A DNA stretch of 63,118 nucleotides, filler included, from Octopus bimaculoides (taxonomy: Eukaryota): assembly GCF_001194135.2 (NCBI RefSeq). It is 4 parts of 3 records of this genome, joined end to end, with 100 filler letters (N's around TTAATTAATTAA, not from the genome) between each part and the next. Parts side by side here need not be neighbours in the genome. Positions count along the whole stretch, not along the records: positions 16,825 to 38,268 come from NC_068996.1; positions 38,369 to 55,231 come from NC_068982.1; 2 more parts are not named here. One strand, given 5' to 3'. Below the pieces are notes generated by a model. It did not search any database. It was given only the letters and a program-made list of their open reading frames with translations, and was not told where the DNA came from. Below, piece after piece: positions 38,223 through 50,800 of the stretch. Each line of letters starts with the position of its first letter. Positions within the stretch are counted from its first letter, which is position 1. The translations under genes were made by a program, and so were the position numbers.

Positions 38223-38268
<46 letters not shown>
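37605..38268 (+). mobile_element. Two further R4/Dong-like 3' ends with TAA tails
   Basis: TIQNLALLGISHILCKTL (37605) and IGIECSVELLQKVCLLGTARIIRKVLNS* (to 38110), followed by (AAT)n. Confidence 0.75.
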
Positions 38269-38368
38269 NNNNNNNNNNNNNNNNNNNNNNNNNNNNNNNN
38301 NNNNNNNNNNNNTTAATTAATTAANNNNNNNNNNNNNNNNNNNNNNNNNNNNNNNNNNNNNNNNNNNN
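38269..38368. other. Assembly linker N44-TTAATTAATTAA-N44
   Basis: Identical to the linker at 16725-16824. Confidence 0.9.
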
Positions 38369-40266
38369 TTTTTTTTTTCTCAGTGTCAATAACAACAATA
38401 AACTTTGTGACGTAAGGTTCCTTTTACCACACATCCGCGCGCGCGCGCCGCATAACAAATAGGCTTTTCTTCTTTCAGTTTGAGATTTCGATGAATCAAT
38501 GATGATGATGATGTGGTGGAGGAGGAGGAGGAGGAGGAGGACAACAACGACTAGGACGATGATGCTCTTAGACCAGGGATTAATAGGAGAAAGTAAAACA
38601 AACACAGCGCATTGCCTCGCCGCCACCCCACTACTTAAGACAACAGCAATACGGTGCGAAGGTATTGATTGGCGGTAACGGTACAAGCACATTAACACCA
38701 ACACACGCACACACACACACAATCAACGTCACAACGAGTTTTATGTAAACATCACACGTGTGACTGTTTACACAGATGTGTGTGTGTGTGTGTATGTGTG
38801 TGTGTGTGTATGTGTGTGTGTGTGTGTATGTGCATGTGTATGTGTGTGTGTGTATGTGTATAAAACTGAAAATATTAATATATCTGATGTTAAGAAACTG
38901 GACTTACAGGTTAGAAAAAATACGCACATTTATTTTACGCATATACATTTTATACACACACACACACACACACACACACAACATGCATGCATGCATACAA
39001 GCAAACCTATGTAAATCGACATTGAATAACGATATACACGCACGTTTATATTGGAATGTGAAAATAAACAAACGTGTTAGCTTCGTTATTGTGTATACGA
39101 ACATTAACACACACCTATGTATGTAATATGTGTATATACATATATAAATGTTTTGTATGCATAGATATATGCATGCATACATATGTACGAAGAGCGCATA
39201 TCTTTCTGTACATATGTAATGTATGTATGTATGTATGTATGTATGTATGCATGTATGTATGCATGTATGTATGCATGTATGTAGGCATCTATATGTACGT
39301 GTGTGTGTATTTATGTATGTATGAAGTTAGCTGGTTGTGACTTCAACTTTGCATTTTGTAAAAAAAATTTTTTTACAAAATGCAAATGAAACAAAATCAT
39401 GTTTTTAGTCAAGAAACAGACATGAAACATCGTATTCCGTTATACACATACACATACAGATATATATATATATANNNNNNNNNNNNNNNNNNNNNNNNNN
39501 NNNNNNNNNNNNNNNNNNNNNNNNNNNNNNNNNNNNNNNNNNNNNNNNNNNNNNNNNNNNNNNNNNNNNNNNNNNNNNNNNNNNNNNNNNNNNNNNNNNN
39601 NNNNNNNNNNNNNNNNNNNNNNNNNNNNNNNNNNNNNNNNNNNNNNNNNNNNNNNNNNNNNNNNNNNNNNNNNNNNNNNNNNNNNNNNNNNNNNNNNNNN
39701 NNNNNNNNNNNNNNNNNNNNNNNNNNNNNNNNNNNNNNNNNNNNNNNNNNNNNNNNNNNNNNNNNNNNNNNNNNNNNNNNNNNNNNNNNNNNNNNNNNNN
39801 NNNNNNNNNNNNNNNNNNNNNNNNNNNNNNNNNNNNNNNNNNNNNNNNNNNNNNNNNNNNNNNNNNNNNNNNNNNNNNNNNNNNNNNNNNNNNNNNNNNN
39901 NNNNNNNNNNNNNNNNNNNNNNNNNNNNNNNNNNNNNNNNNNNNNNNNNNNNNNNNNNNNNNNNNNNNNNNNNNNNNNNNNNNNNNNNNNNNNNATATAT
40001 ATATACGTGTGTATGTATATCTATTTATAGATAGATAGAACCACATACGAAGGGTAAAAGAGATGAGAAGCTAACGGAACCATCACTCTGAGAAGCAGCA
40101 GCAGCAGCAGCGACATAAGCGACAGCCGCAGCAAACGCCGTAAGCCAGTACCGCCATCAGCAGCAGCAGCTGTTATACGAGTGAAAGCAGCCACTGGCTG
40201 CTACTCTCAGCGACAAACAAATCGACTTTTGTAGTACTGACACCCCTTTAACATACACGGCATCGC

Positions 40267-40325
<59 letters not shown>

Positions 40326-40333
40326 GCCTGTCG

Positions 40334-40409
<76 letters not shown>

Positions 40410-40982
40410 GTATACATACATATGTACATATATAAACATAAAACTATTTTGATGACGATGATAGTGATGGTAACCATTATCAAAATCAAATCTAAATGTA
40501 ATAAATTGTTGTAACCATGTTGGTGGTGACATGAACATCACAACGTCACACTCACAGCAGCCCCCACTACCGTTGCTAGACACTGAGAGTGAGTGAAAGA
40601 GAGAGAGAGAGATGTTATGAGATGGTATGATTATTGATTATATCGATCCGTAATATTTGATTATTGGTTTAATTAATCGATAAAAGACAGCGCTGACCTG
40701 GGTGGGATTTGAACTCTGATCGCAAAAGAATGAAACTCTTGTTTACTTTTCTTTTATAGAACTGAACAGAGTCTAGATTACAATAAATCTGGGGGACACA
40801 CACACACGCGCGCATAAAGACGAGACAGACAGACAGATGAAATTATGTTGGGAATTTTTTGTTTCTATCTACATATCCACCAGGATGCGATCTTTGAATA
40901 CTTGTTGCTATTTGCACGAACATTTTTGCTAACTTTGGTCTTCTGTCTCTCTGCCTTTGTTCCTCTCTCTCCCTCTCTGTAG

Positions 40983-41170
40983 CTATCTCTCCTTTCTCCA
41001 ACCCCGTATTCCCCGATTTAAGTGGAAGGAAATTCTTCACAAGAATACACACCAGCGCAGCCTCCTCACCCAATGCTTGCTAAAATATCAACACTGTTAA
41101 TTCCGCTGGCACCGATGAGCAGAGCATGTAGCTTGCGAAACACCAAACTCATTGAAGACGTCACCAACGG
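40983..41170 (+). other. Candidate exon with ATG at 41073 (MLAKISTLLIPLAPMSRACSLRNTKLIEDVTNG), gene unidentified
   Basis: Very long pyrimidine tract ending ctctctgtag| and donor GG|GTAGGT; non-repetitive sequence; no recognised homology. Confidence 0.35.
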
Positions 41171-41554
41171 GTAGGTGCATGAACTCTTTACCGAAATGTA
41201 AACGAAGACTGAATGATATTTGCCCAATAAAATATGAGATACTAAATTGCTCGCCCAAACAATGAGCTGGCAGAAGCGTTAGCGTGTCGAGCAAAATTCT
41301 GAGAGACTTTACATTCTGAGTTCAGATTCCACCAGGATCAACTTCGCCTGCCATTTCTTTGGGGTCTAGATTAGAAAGAATTATATATTTTTGTAAAGAA
41401 TGGGTTGGAGGAGTTACTGCTACCTAACCTATATCTGCCTACCAGTAGGTCGTCGGGGCTATGTCTACTGAACCTCGCAAATTAACGCCACAGCAGTAGC
41501 TAGCTCTCTGTTTCCATGTCTAAATATATTTAGCTCTTTAACCACCGCCAGCCA

Positions 41555-41606
<52 letters not shown>

Positions 41607-41789
41607 TATTTCCCTGAACTTTACACACACTGTCTGTCTGTGAATCTGCTAGACTGCTTGTCTCGCCTTCCTTCCTTCCTTCCTTTTCCATCCATCCGTC
41701 CGTTCGATCCCACAATCTTGCCCTTCCGGTTTCCTGCCAGCCTCTTCGTCCATCCGCCTCTACAACTGCATGCTGGCTTTTCCGATACT

Positions 41790-41842
<53 letters not shown>

Positions 41843-42339
41843 NNNNNNNNNNNNNNNNNNNNNNNNNNNNNNNNNNNNNNNNNNNNNNNNNNNNNNNNNN
41901 NNNNNNNNNNNNNNNNNNNNNNNNNNNNNNNNNNNNNNNNNNNNTTAGACTATGAGAATTACGACAGTAACAGAGACCAAACATGACCACCACCATTAAA
42001 TGGAATATAGATTTAAACAATAAAGGAAAACACGAAACCATTTTCTAACAAAAAAACTCTCTCTTTCTTTCTTTCTCTCTCTCTCCAATCCCCCCCCCCT
42101 TTTTAAACCAATCTAGTAAGATGCAAGATAGTTAACATTGGCCATCAGGTGACAATAAACTTTACTGTAGATGACATACAATGTGAAACACTGCCACATA
42201 TTTTAAACTGGATCCAATAGGAATGTGGAAATGGTAATAGGTTTACAGGAACGTAACCGTGACAACGTCGAATAAAACCCACATCCATCACATGAAGAAT
42301 TGGATCCAAAACAGGTTTAGAGATGAAAATACCAACTTG

Positions 42340-43075
42340 TACTTTTTACTTGTTTCAGTCATTAGACTGCGGCCATGCTGGGGCACCACCTTAAACAATT
42401 TGTAGTCGAATGAATTGACTTCAGGACTTATGTTTTTTTTTTAAATCTCGGTATTTATTCTATAGGATTCTCTTGTCGAACTGCTAAGTTGCAGGAATGT
42501 AAACGCACCAGCACCGTTTGTCAAGTGGTGGCAGTAGACAAAAACTGACAAACACACACACACACACACACATATACGACAAGATTCTTTCCTTTTCTGT
42601 CTACCAAATCCATTCATAAGGCTTTGGTCGGCCCTGAGCTATAGTACACAGGTTCTCAACCAATGTGCCGCGAGATCAACCGAGGTGTGCCGAGAAATAT
42701 ACATACGTATGTGGTATTATGATTGATCATTTCGAGTCAAAATACATTTTGATACTATTTTATCAATGAATATTATTGTCATCTATTTTATGTTTCTTAT
42801 ATCAACACAGGTGAAATAAAGAATATCTTTTATTATCAATTCCAGGGACAGAGTTTTCTTACACAGACGTTTTGTTATATTGATATTGAATCAAAAACCA
42901 ACTGCCATATTATATTTTCTAATAGGAGGGCTGTGGATTTCTGAAAGGCTTGGCAAGGATGTTTCGAAGCAGAAAAGGTTGGAATACTGTGCTATAGTAC
43001 AAATCACTTGCCCAGGGTTCCACGCAGTGGGATTGAACCCGGAACTTCGTACCACGGAGCAAAGCCTGCGCCTAC
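42340..43075 (-). mobile_element. SINE family A interrupted by a hAT-type MITE
   Basis: SINE sequence stops at 42646 and resumes at 42992. Confidence 0.75.
42647..42991. mobile_element. hAT-type MITE with 8-bp TSD
   Basis: CTATAGTA is duplicated at 42639-42646 and 42992-42999. Imperfect TIRs CACAGGTTCTCAACC / GGTTGGAATACTGTG. Confidence 0.75.
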
Positions 43076-43355
43076 CCTTTAAAATAGAGTAAAATGCGAA
43101 AAACAAGCTTATAGCCATCGATAATGATGGAGGTGTACCTGTAAGAGGTTATAAATTCCCAACTGGGAATATCAAGCGAGTTAACAAGACTGGACAAGTT
43201 ACGACAGCGTTTAGAATACACCACCGGAGAGGTCCGACAGGAAAATGAAGACAGGATTAGTTCTGGACAGAAAGAAGTCTTCAATTAAAAGTGTATATAC
43301 AGGGTGGGCTAGAAGACACGCACGAAAACATTTGATACTTTATTTACATTACGTA

Positions 43356-43409
<54 letters not shown>

Positions 43410-43824
43410 ATTGTTGTTGTTAATTTTGTTGATCACGTCCGAGTACGTGTATATTGTTTATTTTATTTTGTTTAATTGAAACCAAAATGCGCAATATATT
43501 ATTATATTGGTTTCAAATTTAGGGCTTAAGACCAGCAGTTTTAGGGGCAGAGGCTTGGTCGATTAGATCGATCCCTAGTACTCGTCTGGTATTTATTTTA
43601 TCGACCTCGAAAGGATGAAAGGCAAAGTCGACTTCGGCGGAATTTTAATTCAGAACGTAAGGACGGACCAAATACCGCAAAGCATTTTGCTCGACGCGCT
43701 AACGTGTGTGTGTGTGTGTGTGTGAGTGNNNNNNNNNNNNNNNNNNNNNNNNNNNNNNNNNNNNNNNNNNNNNNNNNNNNNNNNNNNNNNNNNNNNNNNN
43801 NNNNNNNNNNNNNNNNNNNNNNNN

Positions 43825-43879
<55 letters not shown>

Positions 43880-44049
43880 CTAGTCTAAATGCACGAAACT
43901 TTCGGCTCTTGAGTCACGGATATGGAACATCTGAAAAACAATAGAATGAATACAAGCACTCAAACGTACACACCTACACTACATATGTACATACATGCAT
44001 ACATACACGCAACTAAATAATGCACGAATGCACACACAAACATACATAA

Positions 44050-44086
<37 letters not shown>

Positions 44087-44454
44087 CTACCGCGTTTACT
44101 GCACACGCGAATCACACATCTCTGTTGTCTCCTCCGTCAGTCGACGCAAGCATAGTTTTTCTCTTAAAGGGAATTGTTACTACAAAAGTCGAACACCGCA
44201 GTTTTTATATCTCACACCATCCCTCCTTTATATTAATTGTTTATCGTCAACACGACAACTACCACAGTTGTTCTCTATTTCTTTCTTTCTCTCGATCACA
44301 CACTTCTTTCAACTTTTCTGTCTCTTCATCGTCCTCCCTTTTCCCTCTCTGTATAATATCTGTTTTCTTTCTTTCTTTTGTACATTCCCCACCCTCTTTC
44401 AATTTCTCCTACGGACGCTCGTCATTTCGAAAGTACTGTGTATCATATATATAT

Positions 44455-44498
<44 letters not shown>

Positions 44499-44503
<5 letters not shown>

Positions 44504-44637
44504 CAATTAGTTGGTTGTCATAATAAAACTCAGAGTTTTGGATACCGAAACTTAATAACTGATGAGATACTGGACCAGACTTCAGCCCCGACATCGGAAA
44601 CTCTGAGTTTTATTATGACAACCAACTAATTGTCACA
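44499..44637. repeat. Perfect 40-bp inverted repeat with 59-bp spacer
   Basis: TGTGACAATTAGTTGGTTGTCATAATAAAACTCAGAGTTT at 44499-44538, inverted at 44598-44637. Confidence 0.92.
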
Positions 44638-45126
44638 TATTATATTTATAGATGAATTCCTCTATTTTATATAATATCGAAGTTTCATTCATTCTTTTGT
44701 TGTCATATTATCANNNNNNNNNNNNNNNNNNNNNNNNNNNNNNNNNNNNNNNNNNNNNNNNNNNNNNNNNNNNNNNNNNNNNNNNNNNNNNNNNNNNNNN
44801 NNNNNNNNNNNNNNNNNNNNNNNNNNNNNNNNNNNNNNNNNNNNNNNNNNNNNNNNNNNNNNNNNNNNNNNNNNNNNNNNNNNNNNNNNNNNNNNNNNNN
44901 NNNNNNNNNNNNNNNNNNNNNNNNNNNNNNNNNNNNNNNNNNNNNNNNNNNNNNNNNNNNNNNNNNNNNNNNNNNNNNNNNNNNNNNNNNNNNNNNNNNN
45001 NNNNNNNNNNNNNNNNNNNNNNNNNNNNNNNNNNNNNNNNNNNNNNNNNNNNNNNNNNNNNNNNNNNNNNNNNNNNNNNNNNNNNNNNNNNNNNNNNNNN
45101 NNNNNNNNNNNNNNNNNNNNNNNNNN

Positions 45127-45192
<66 letters not shown>

Positions 45193-45769
45193 CATATGCA
45201 TCATGTATATATATAGCTATGAACATATTTGTATTAATATGTATCTATAGATATATCTGTTCAAGGTCACAGGTATAGTTTAATTTATCTATTTACCTTA
45301 CTTTTGTACCATCAAGTTTAAATCCCACTTTGGAGCACTGCGCATATGAACGGGTAGAATGAGAGAGAAGGAGAAGAGAGAAAGCAGGAAATCAAAATCG
45401 TATTTCTGAAGATGGCCAACAGAATTGTCGAACAATGTTCATAGATGTATGTATCTGGTATGTAACTCGTGTTTCCATTGATGTAGATTTAGGTACAACC
45501 CGACACATGTATGTATATATGTATGTATGTATGTATGTATGTGTGTACATATTATATAGTGATGTTGGTGTTCATATACATGCAAGCTATTGACACACAC
45601 ATTCGCACATATATACACACATCTGTTTATTATAAGCGAGGAACACAGACGATGGTTTCAAACGAAAAATATAAATAAACACCACGGACGCAACGCACGC
45701 ACGCACGCGCCCATATATATATATGTATATATATNNNNNNNNNNNNNNNNNNNNNNNNNNNNNNNNNNN

Positions 45770-45803
<34 letters not shown>

Positions 45804-46174
45804 TATATGTATATACATGCGCGTGCGGAGTCACGCACGAATATGCGTGTGTATATTTAAACAAGTTTAAGGACCACACACGATGTGTGTCGTATACACA
45901 CACACACACACACACACAGAAAATAAACTAGCGACCTTGCAATACAGTGTGTATAGGCAAACACAGACACACATATTCACAGATACGAACATATATACAT
46001 TATGTGAGTGTGTATATATCTGCATATGTGTGTGTGTGTATCTGTAGAGGCAGTACTGTTGGCCTTTCTCGGAAAGGTGTAACGGAATTTAGCACTGCAT
46101 TTTAAAAACCACGGATGAAGTTTCATTTTACTCGAGGTCCGTACGTATGCGCGCGCGCACAGACACATACATAG

Positions 46175-46278
<104 letters not shown>

Positions 46279-47535
46279 GATGATATTCGATTCATAATTA
46301 TTTCTTGCAACTCGAGTTTCATGTTACTGCGATCTTCAGGCGAGTACGCATGAAGGAAGTGACGAGAAAATTAATTTAGTTTAAGCCCCATTGTCTTAAA
46401 GCATGAAATGCATCAAACACACATAAGGAGACACAAATGCAAGATATGCTGATATTTCTGCCTCAAATCTATCCTACCTAATCACCAACACCACGAACAC
46501 CATTGCAAATACCACTGTCACCACCAATGAAATAACCCAGGGGTAAAAATACATTTTGTTGTTTTGCACCAAGTCAGGCAAGACCGAGTAGATATTCTAG
46601 TTATAATTTATATTCTTTGCCCTTCCTTCATTTATATCAGTATAGATTAATTTGAGAGAGGTGTTTGGTAACAATTTCTAGCAAATTTTCTTACTGCTCA
46701 CTGCCCTCAAAATCTCATGATGTTTTGTTGAATTGTTTCGTTCTCTGTCCACCCTTCCCGTTTGTACACGTTCATGACTGTATTTTATCAACCCAACAAA
46801 CACTCCACCCTTTGTACAAACTTTACTTCTCACAGTCCTCCTATCCTAAGTTCAAATCCCACGCGAAACAGCGTCCCTTTCTTCATCTTTTCATTTATTT
46901 CATTTCATTTCTTTACTGTTTCACTGACCGTTTTATTGCTATTAACTTCCTCTTTGATCTTTCTTTTATCGAGTAAATATGGCGGTCGGCGTTCAATAAA
47001 ACAGGTAAAAACCCCAAATGATTTCGGACGAGATTACCCCCACGTTGCCCACACCCAAACACACACACATCACCCCACAAAATTCATGACAATCTTTATT
47101 CCTTTTTTTATTTTATTCAATTTGTTCTTGCTGACCACAATTCATAAAGAGACCATCTTTTATAAATTACAACGAACGGATGTACCTGTCTACCCGGTTC
47201 TGATAAATATGTATATTATACACGCACACACATATATATATACATATATACACATACATATTTGTGTGAGTGTGTGTAAAGGTCTACTCCCAGATATCGA
47301 ACCCGTTATCTCTACAACCATCCGTATCTGTTACATCCGCCATTTTCTGATATATTTATCTCTCAATCTAAACATTTATCTTTTAACTTACATCCAACGT
47401 TTATGTTATCTTACATATATATATATATATATTACATATAACACACACACACACATGTATACAATAGACGTTAATACATACGTGTGTGCGCATGTTAGGC
47501 TAACGCAAAACGCGATGAATATATGCAAATGCATG

Positions 47536-47573
<38 letters not shown>

Positions 47574-47654
47574 ATCCTGTAACGGTGGCGTGAAATAATG
47601 TATATAAAACGCGAGTGGGCTGGGATGAACGGATACTCTAAACGCATATACGCA

Positions 47655-47699
<45 letters not shown>

Positions 47700-49254
47700 T
47701 AACATGTAAACATGTATATACAGTTGATACTGACAAGCACGCATACACATACATATACATTAATCACAGGCACATGCAGAAATGCACACATACGAACATA
47801 CACAGAAACACGCATTTATACTTGAACGCGCGCGCGCACAGGACACAGACACACAGACACACACGCACACATACACACACGTAAACACGTCGATCCGAAC
47901 ACACAGACATATAAACACGAAAGAAAGAGAGAGGATAGAGGAAGGGAGGGAGTGGATGGTCGTGCTTTTAATTGCTTCATGGTATATTGAACTAATTAGA
48001 GATAGAAGAACCAGCTGGGATCAATAAGGGCGGGAGGTGGGGGTGGGATAAAGGACGGGAAGTAGAGGCGATGATGATGATGATGGTGGCAGCGGTGGTG
48101 AAGAGATGGATCGTCTGAATAATCAGGAAAGAAGTTGAGAGCAGGAGGGGGAAGGGGGTGACGCAAAGGACACGAAACGAAGAGGTGGATTAGGTTATGC
48201 GTTTGCCTATGTTTATCTATACCACATCTATATAACACACACACACACACACACACAAATATATATAAATACACACACATACACACACATTATATTCACG
48301 TACTCGTTCGTCATCTCCGCATTTATCTATCGATTTAATCATCTTATATCCGGTTTCGAACCCATATCAGAACATTCAGTTTGATGAGGGGTGTAGTTTT
48401 AAATAACAATAATTCAGATATAATGATTACGTTATATACACACACACACATACATATACGCATATATATATATATATATATATANNNNNNNNNNNNNNNN
48501 NNNNNNNNNNNNNNNNNNNNNNNNNNNNNNNNNNNNNNNNNNNNNNNNNNNNNNNNNNNNNNNNNNNNNNNNNNNNNNNNNNNNNNNNNNNNNNNNNNNN
48601 NNNNNNNNNNNNNNNNNNNNNNNNNNNNNNNNNNNNNNNNNNNNNNNNNNNNNNNNNNNNNNNNNNNNNNNNNNNNNNNNNNNNNNNNNNNNNNNNNNNN
48701 NNNNNNNNNNNNNNNNNNNNNNNNNNNNNNNNNNNNNNNNNNNNNNNNNNNNNNNNNNNNNNNNNNNNNNNNNNNNATATATATATATATATATATATAT
48801 ATATACGTAACAAGTACGTACATACATGCAGAGAGAGAGAGAGAGAGAGGTGTATATGCATGAGAGTATAAATAAAATGACAAGAGGAGTAGTGAGAGAG
48901 AAGCAAGAAATTCCTGAAATCGGTGGCAATGTGCGTATGTACGTGTGTAATAGGAGGAGTGTCACTGGATGAGAGAGGGGAGAAATGTTGAAGGGGATGG
49001 GTGATTGTGATCCATTCGGGCGGAGGACGTTCACACAAGACAAGATGGATGAGAAGCGGTTTGAACTTTGAGACCTTCCGTCAAATAAATAGAGGAGAAA
49101 CGAAATAAACAAACAGTCATCATCCCCACCACCGCCATTACTCTCAGTGCCGCCACACCCCATCCTGGGCCAGACACACCACTCAAACTACATCGCCTCG
49201 TCTCTGTATCTCCTGTCCAGCACTCTGACATAACATCACAACTACCATCATACA

Positions 49255-49700
49255 AATTCTTTTATTCTTTTACTTGTTTTAGTCATTTGACAGCGGCCAT
49301 GCTGGAGCACTGCCATAAAAGTTTTTTTTTCTTTTTAGACGATGAAATCGACCCCGGGACTTATTCTTTGTATGCCTAGTACGTATTCTATCGGTCTTTT
49401 GCCGAACCGCTAATGTACAGGGACGTAAACACACCAACATCGATTGTCAAGCGACGGTGAAGAGACAAGGACAATCAAAGACACACACACACACACACGC
49501 ATAAATACATATACAAGCACACACACACCACACATATACAGTGGGCTTCTTTTAGTTTTCGTCTACCAAATCCACTGACAAGGTCTTGGTCGGCGCGAGG
49601 CCTATGGTAGAAGACACTTGCCCAAGGTGCCACGCAGTGGAACGGAACCTAAAACTATGTGATCGGGGAGCAAGTATCTTACCACACAGCCATGCCTGAG
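49255..49700 (-). mobile_element. SINE family A, full length
   Basis: Reverse complement of the family A consensus. Confidence 0.85.
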
Positions 49701-49704
49701 CATA

Positions 49705-49742
<38 letters not shown>

Positions 49743-50502
49743 ATATGTATGTATGTATATATGTATATGTATCAATAGATAAAGAAAGGGAGGTATATGT
49801 ATGTATATATGGGTGTGTGCGTGTATATGTGCAGCGTAGGTAGGGGGGTCTTTGGGTTCATCGTTTTTAGGACAACAGTTGGGGGGGGGCAGTGCATTGA
49901 CCCCACGACACACATTTTTGGCGATCGTTATTACTTGAAACCCAGGTCTATCCTGGTTCAACAGACAAAGATTCCAGCCGTGACCATCCCGTCCATACAT
50001 TTAGGACATTCGTGAATGTCTTCTGTCATTACTCAAGGCATCTGACTGTGATTTGTGATAATTTCACTTCTATTTCTAACACCTAAATACGTCCTTCCCT
50101 TCCTTTTGGTTTCATTCCCTGACCATTCTATAGAATGGAAGTGGGTCAAAGCTGTGTCCAGAGATTGACCACTGTCCACTACACACTTGAAGGAGTGCAG
50201 ACAGGAGTGGGGGACCAGCTCATGAACGATGGTCGAATGGTTCTTATGATTAACATACTCCAGGTCCACCAACTGAAGAACGGGAAAATCCATCATCCTA
50301 GGGCTTACACACACTTTCCAATTTACAAAGACACTTTGGGAGATTTTTATCCCAGGTGCCGTGCACTGGAATTGAACTCTGAAAAAATAAGATATGGCGG
50401 AGTCTCTCTTTCTCTCTGTCTCTCTCTTTCTCTCCGGATGCTTGTAAAACATCCGATTCATAGATAGGGATATATAGATATATATATTCTATGTATGTAT
50501 TA

Positions 50503-50663
50503 GCGCAGGAGTGGCTGTGTGGTAAGTAGTTTGATTACCAACCACATAGTTCCGGGTTCAGTCCCACTACGTGACACCTTGGGCAAAGTGTCTTCTACTA
50601 GCCTCGGGCCGACCAAAGCCTTGCGAGTGGATTTGGTAGACGGAAACTGAAAGAAACCCGTCG

Positions 50664-50695
<32 letters not shown>

Positions 50696-50800
50696 CGCTA
50701 AAGAACCGATGGTGGCATGTCTACGTCCCAGTAACTTAGCGGTTCGGCAAAAATGCTGGAAGAATAAGTACTAGGATTACAAAGTATAAGTCAAAGTATA
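50503..50800 (+). mobile_element. SINE family A, 3' truncated
   Basis: GCGCAGGAGTGGCTGTGTGGTAAGTAG head through AATAAGTACTAGG. Confidence 0.8.

Noticed and set aside
40843-41073. Minus-strand 76-aa ORF MGEEAALV...
   Set aside because: The ERERE stretch derives from the plus-strand pyrimidine tract; no homology.
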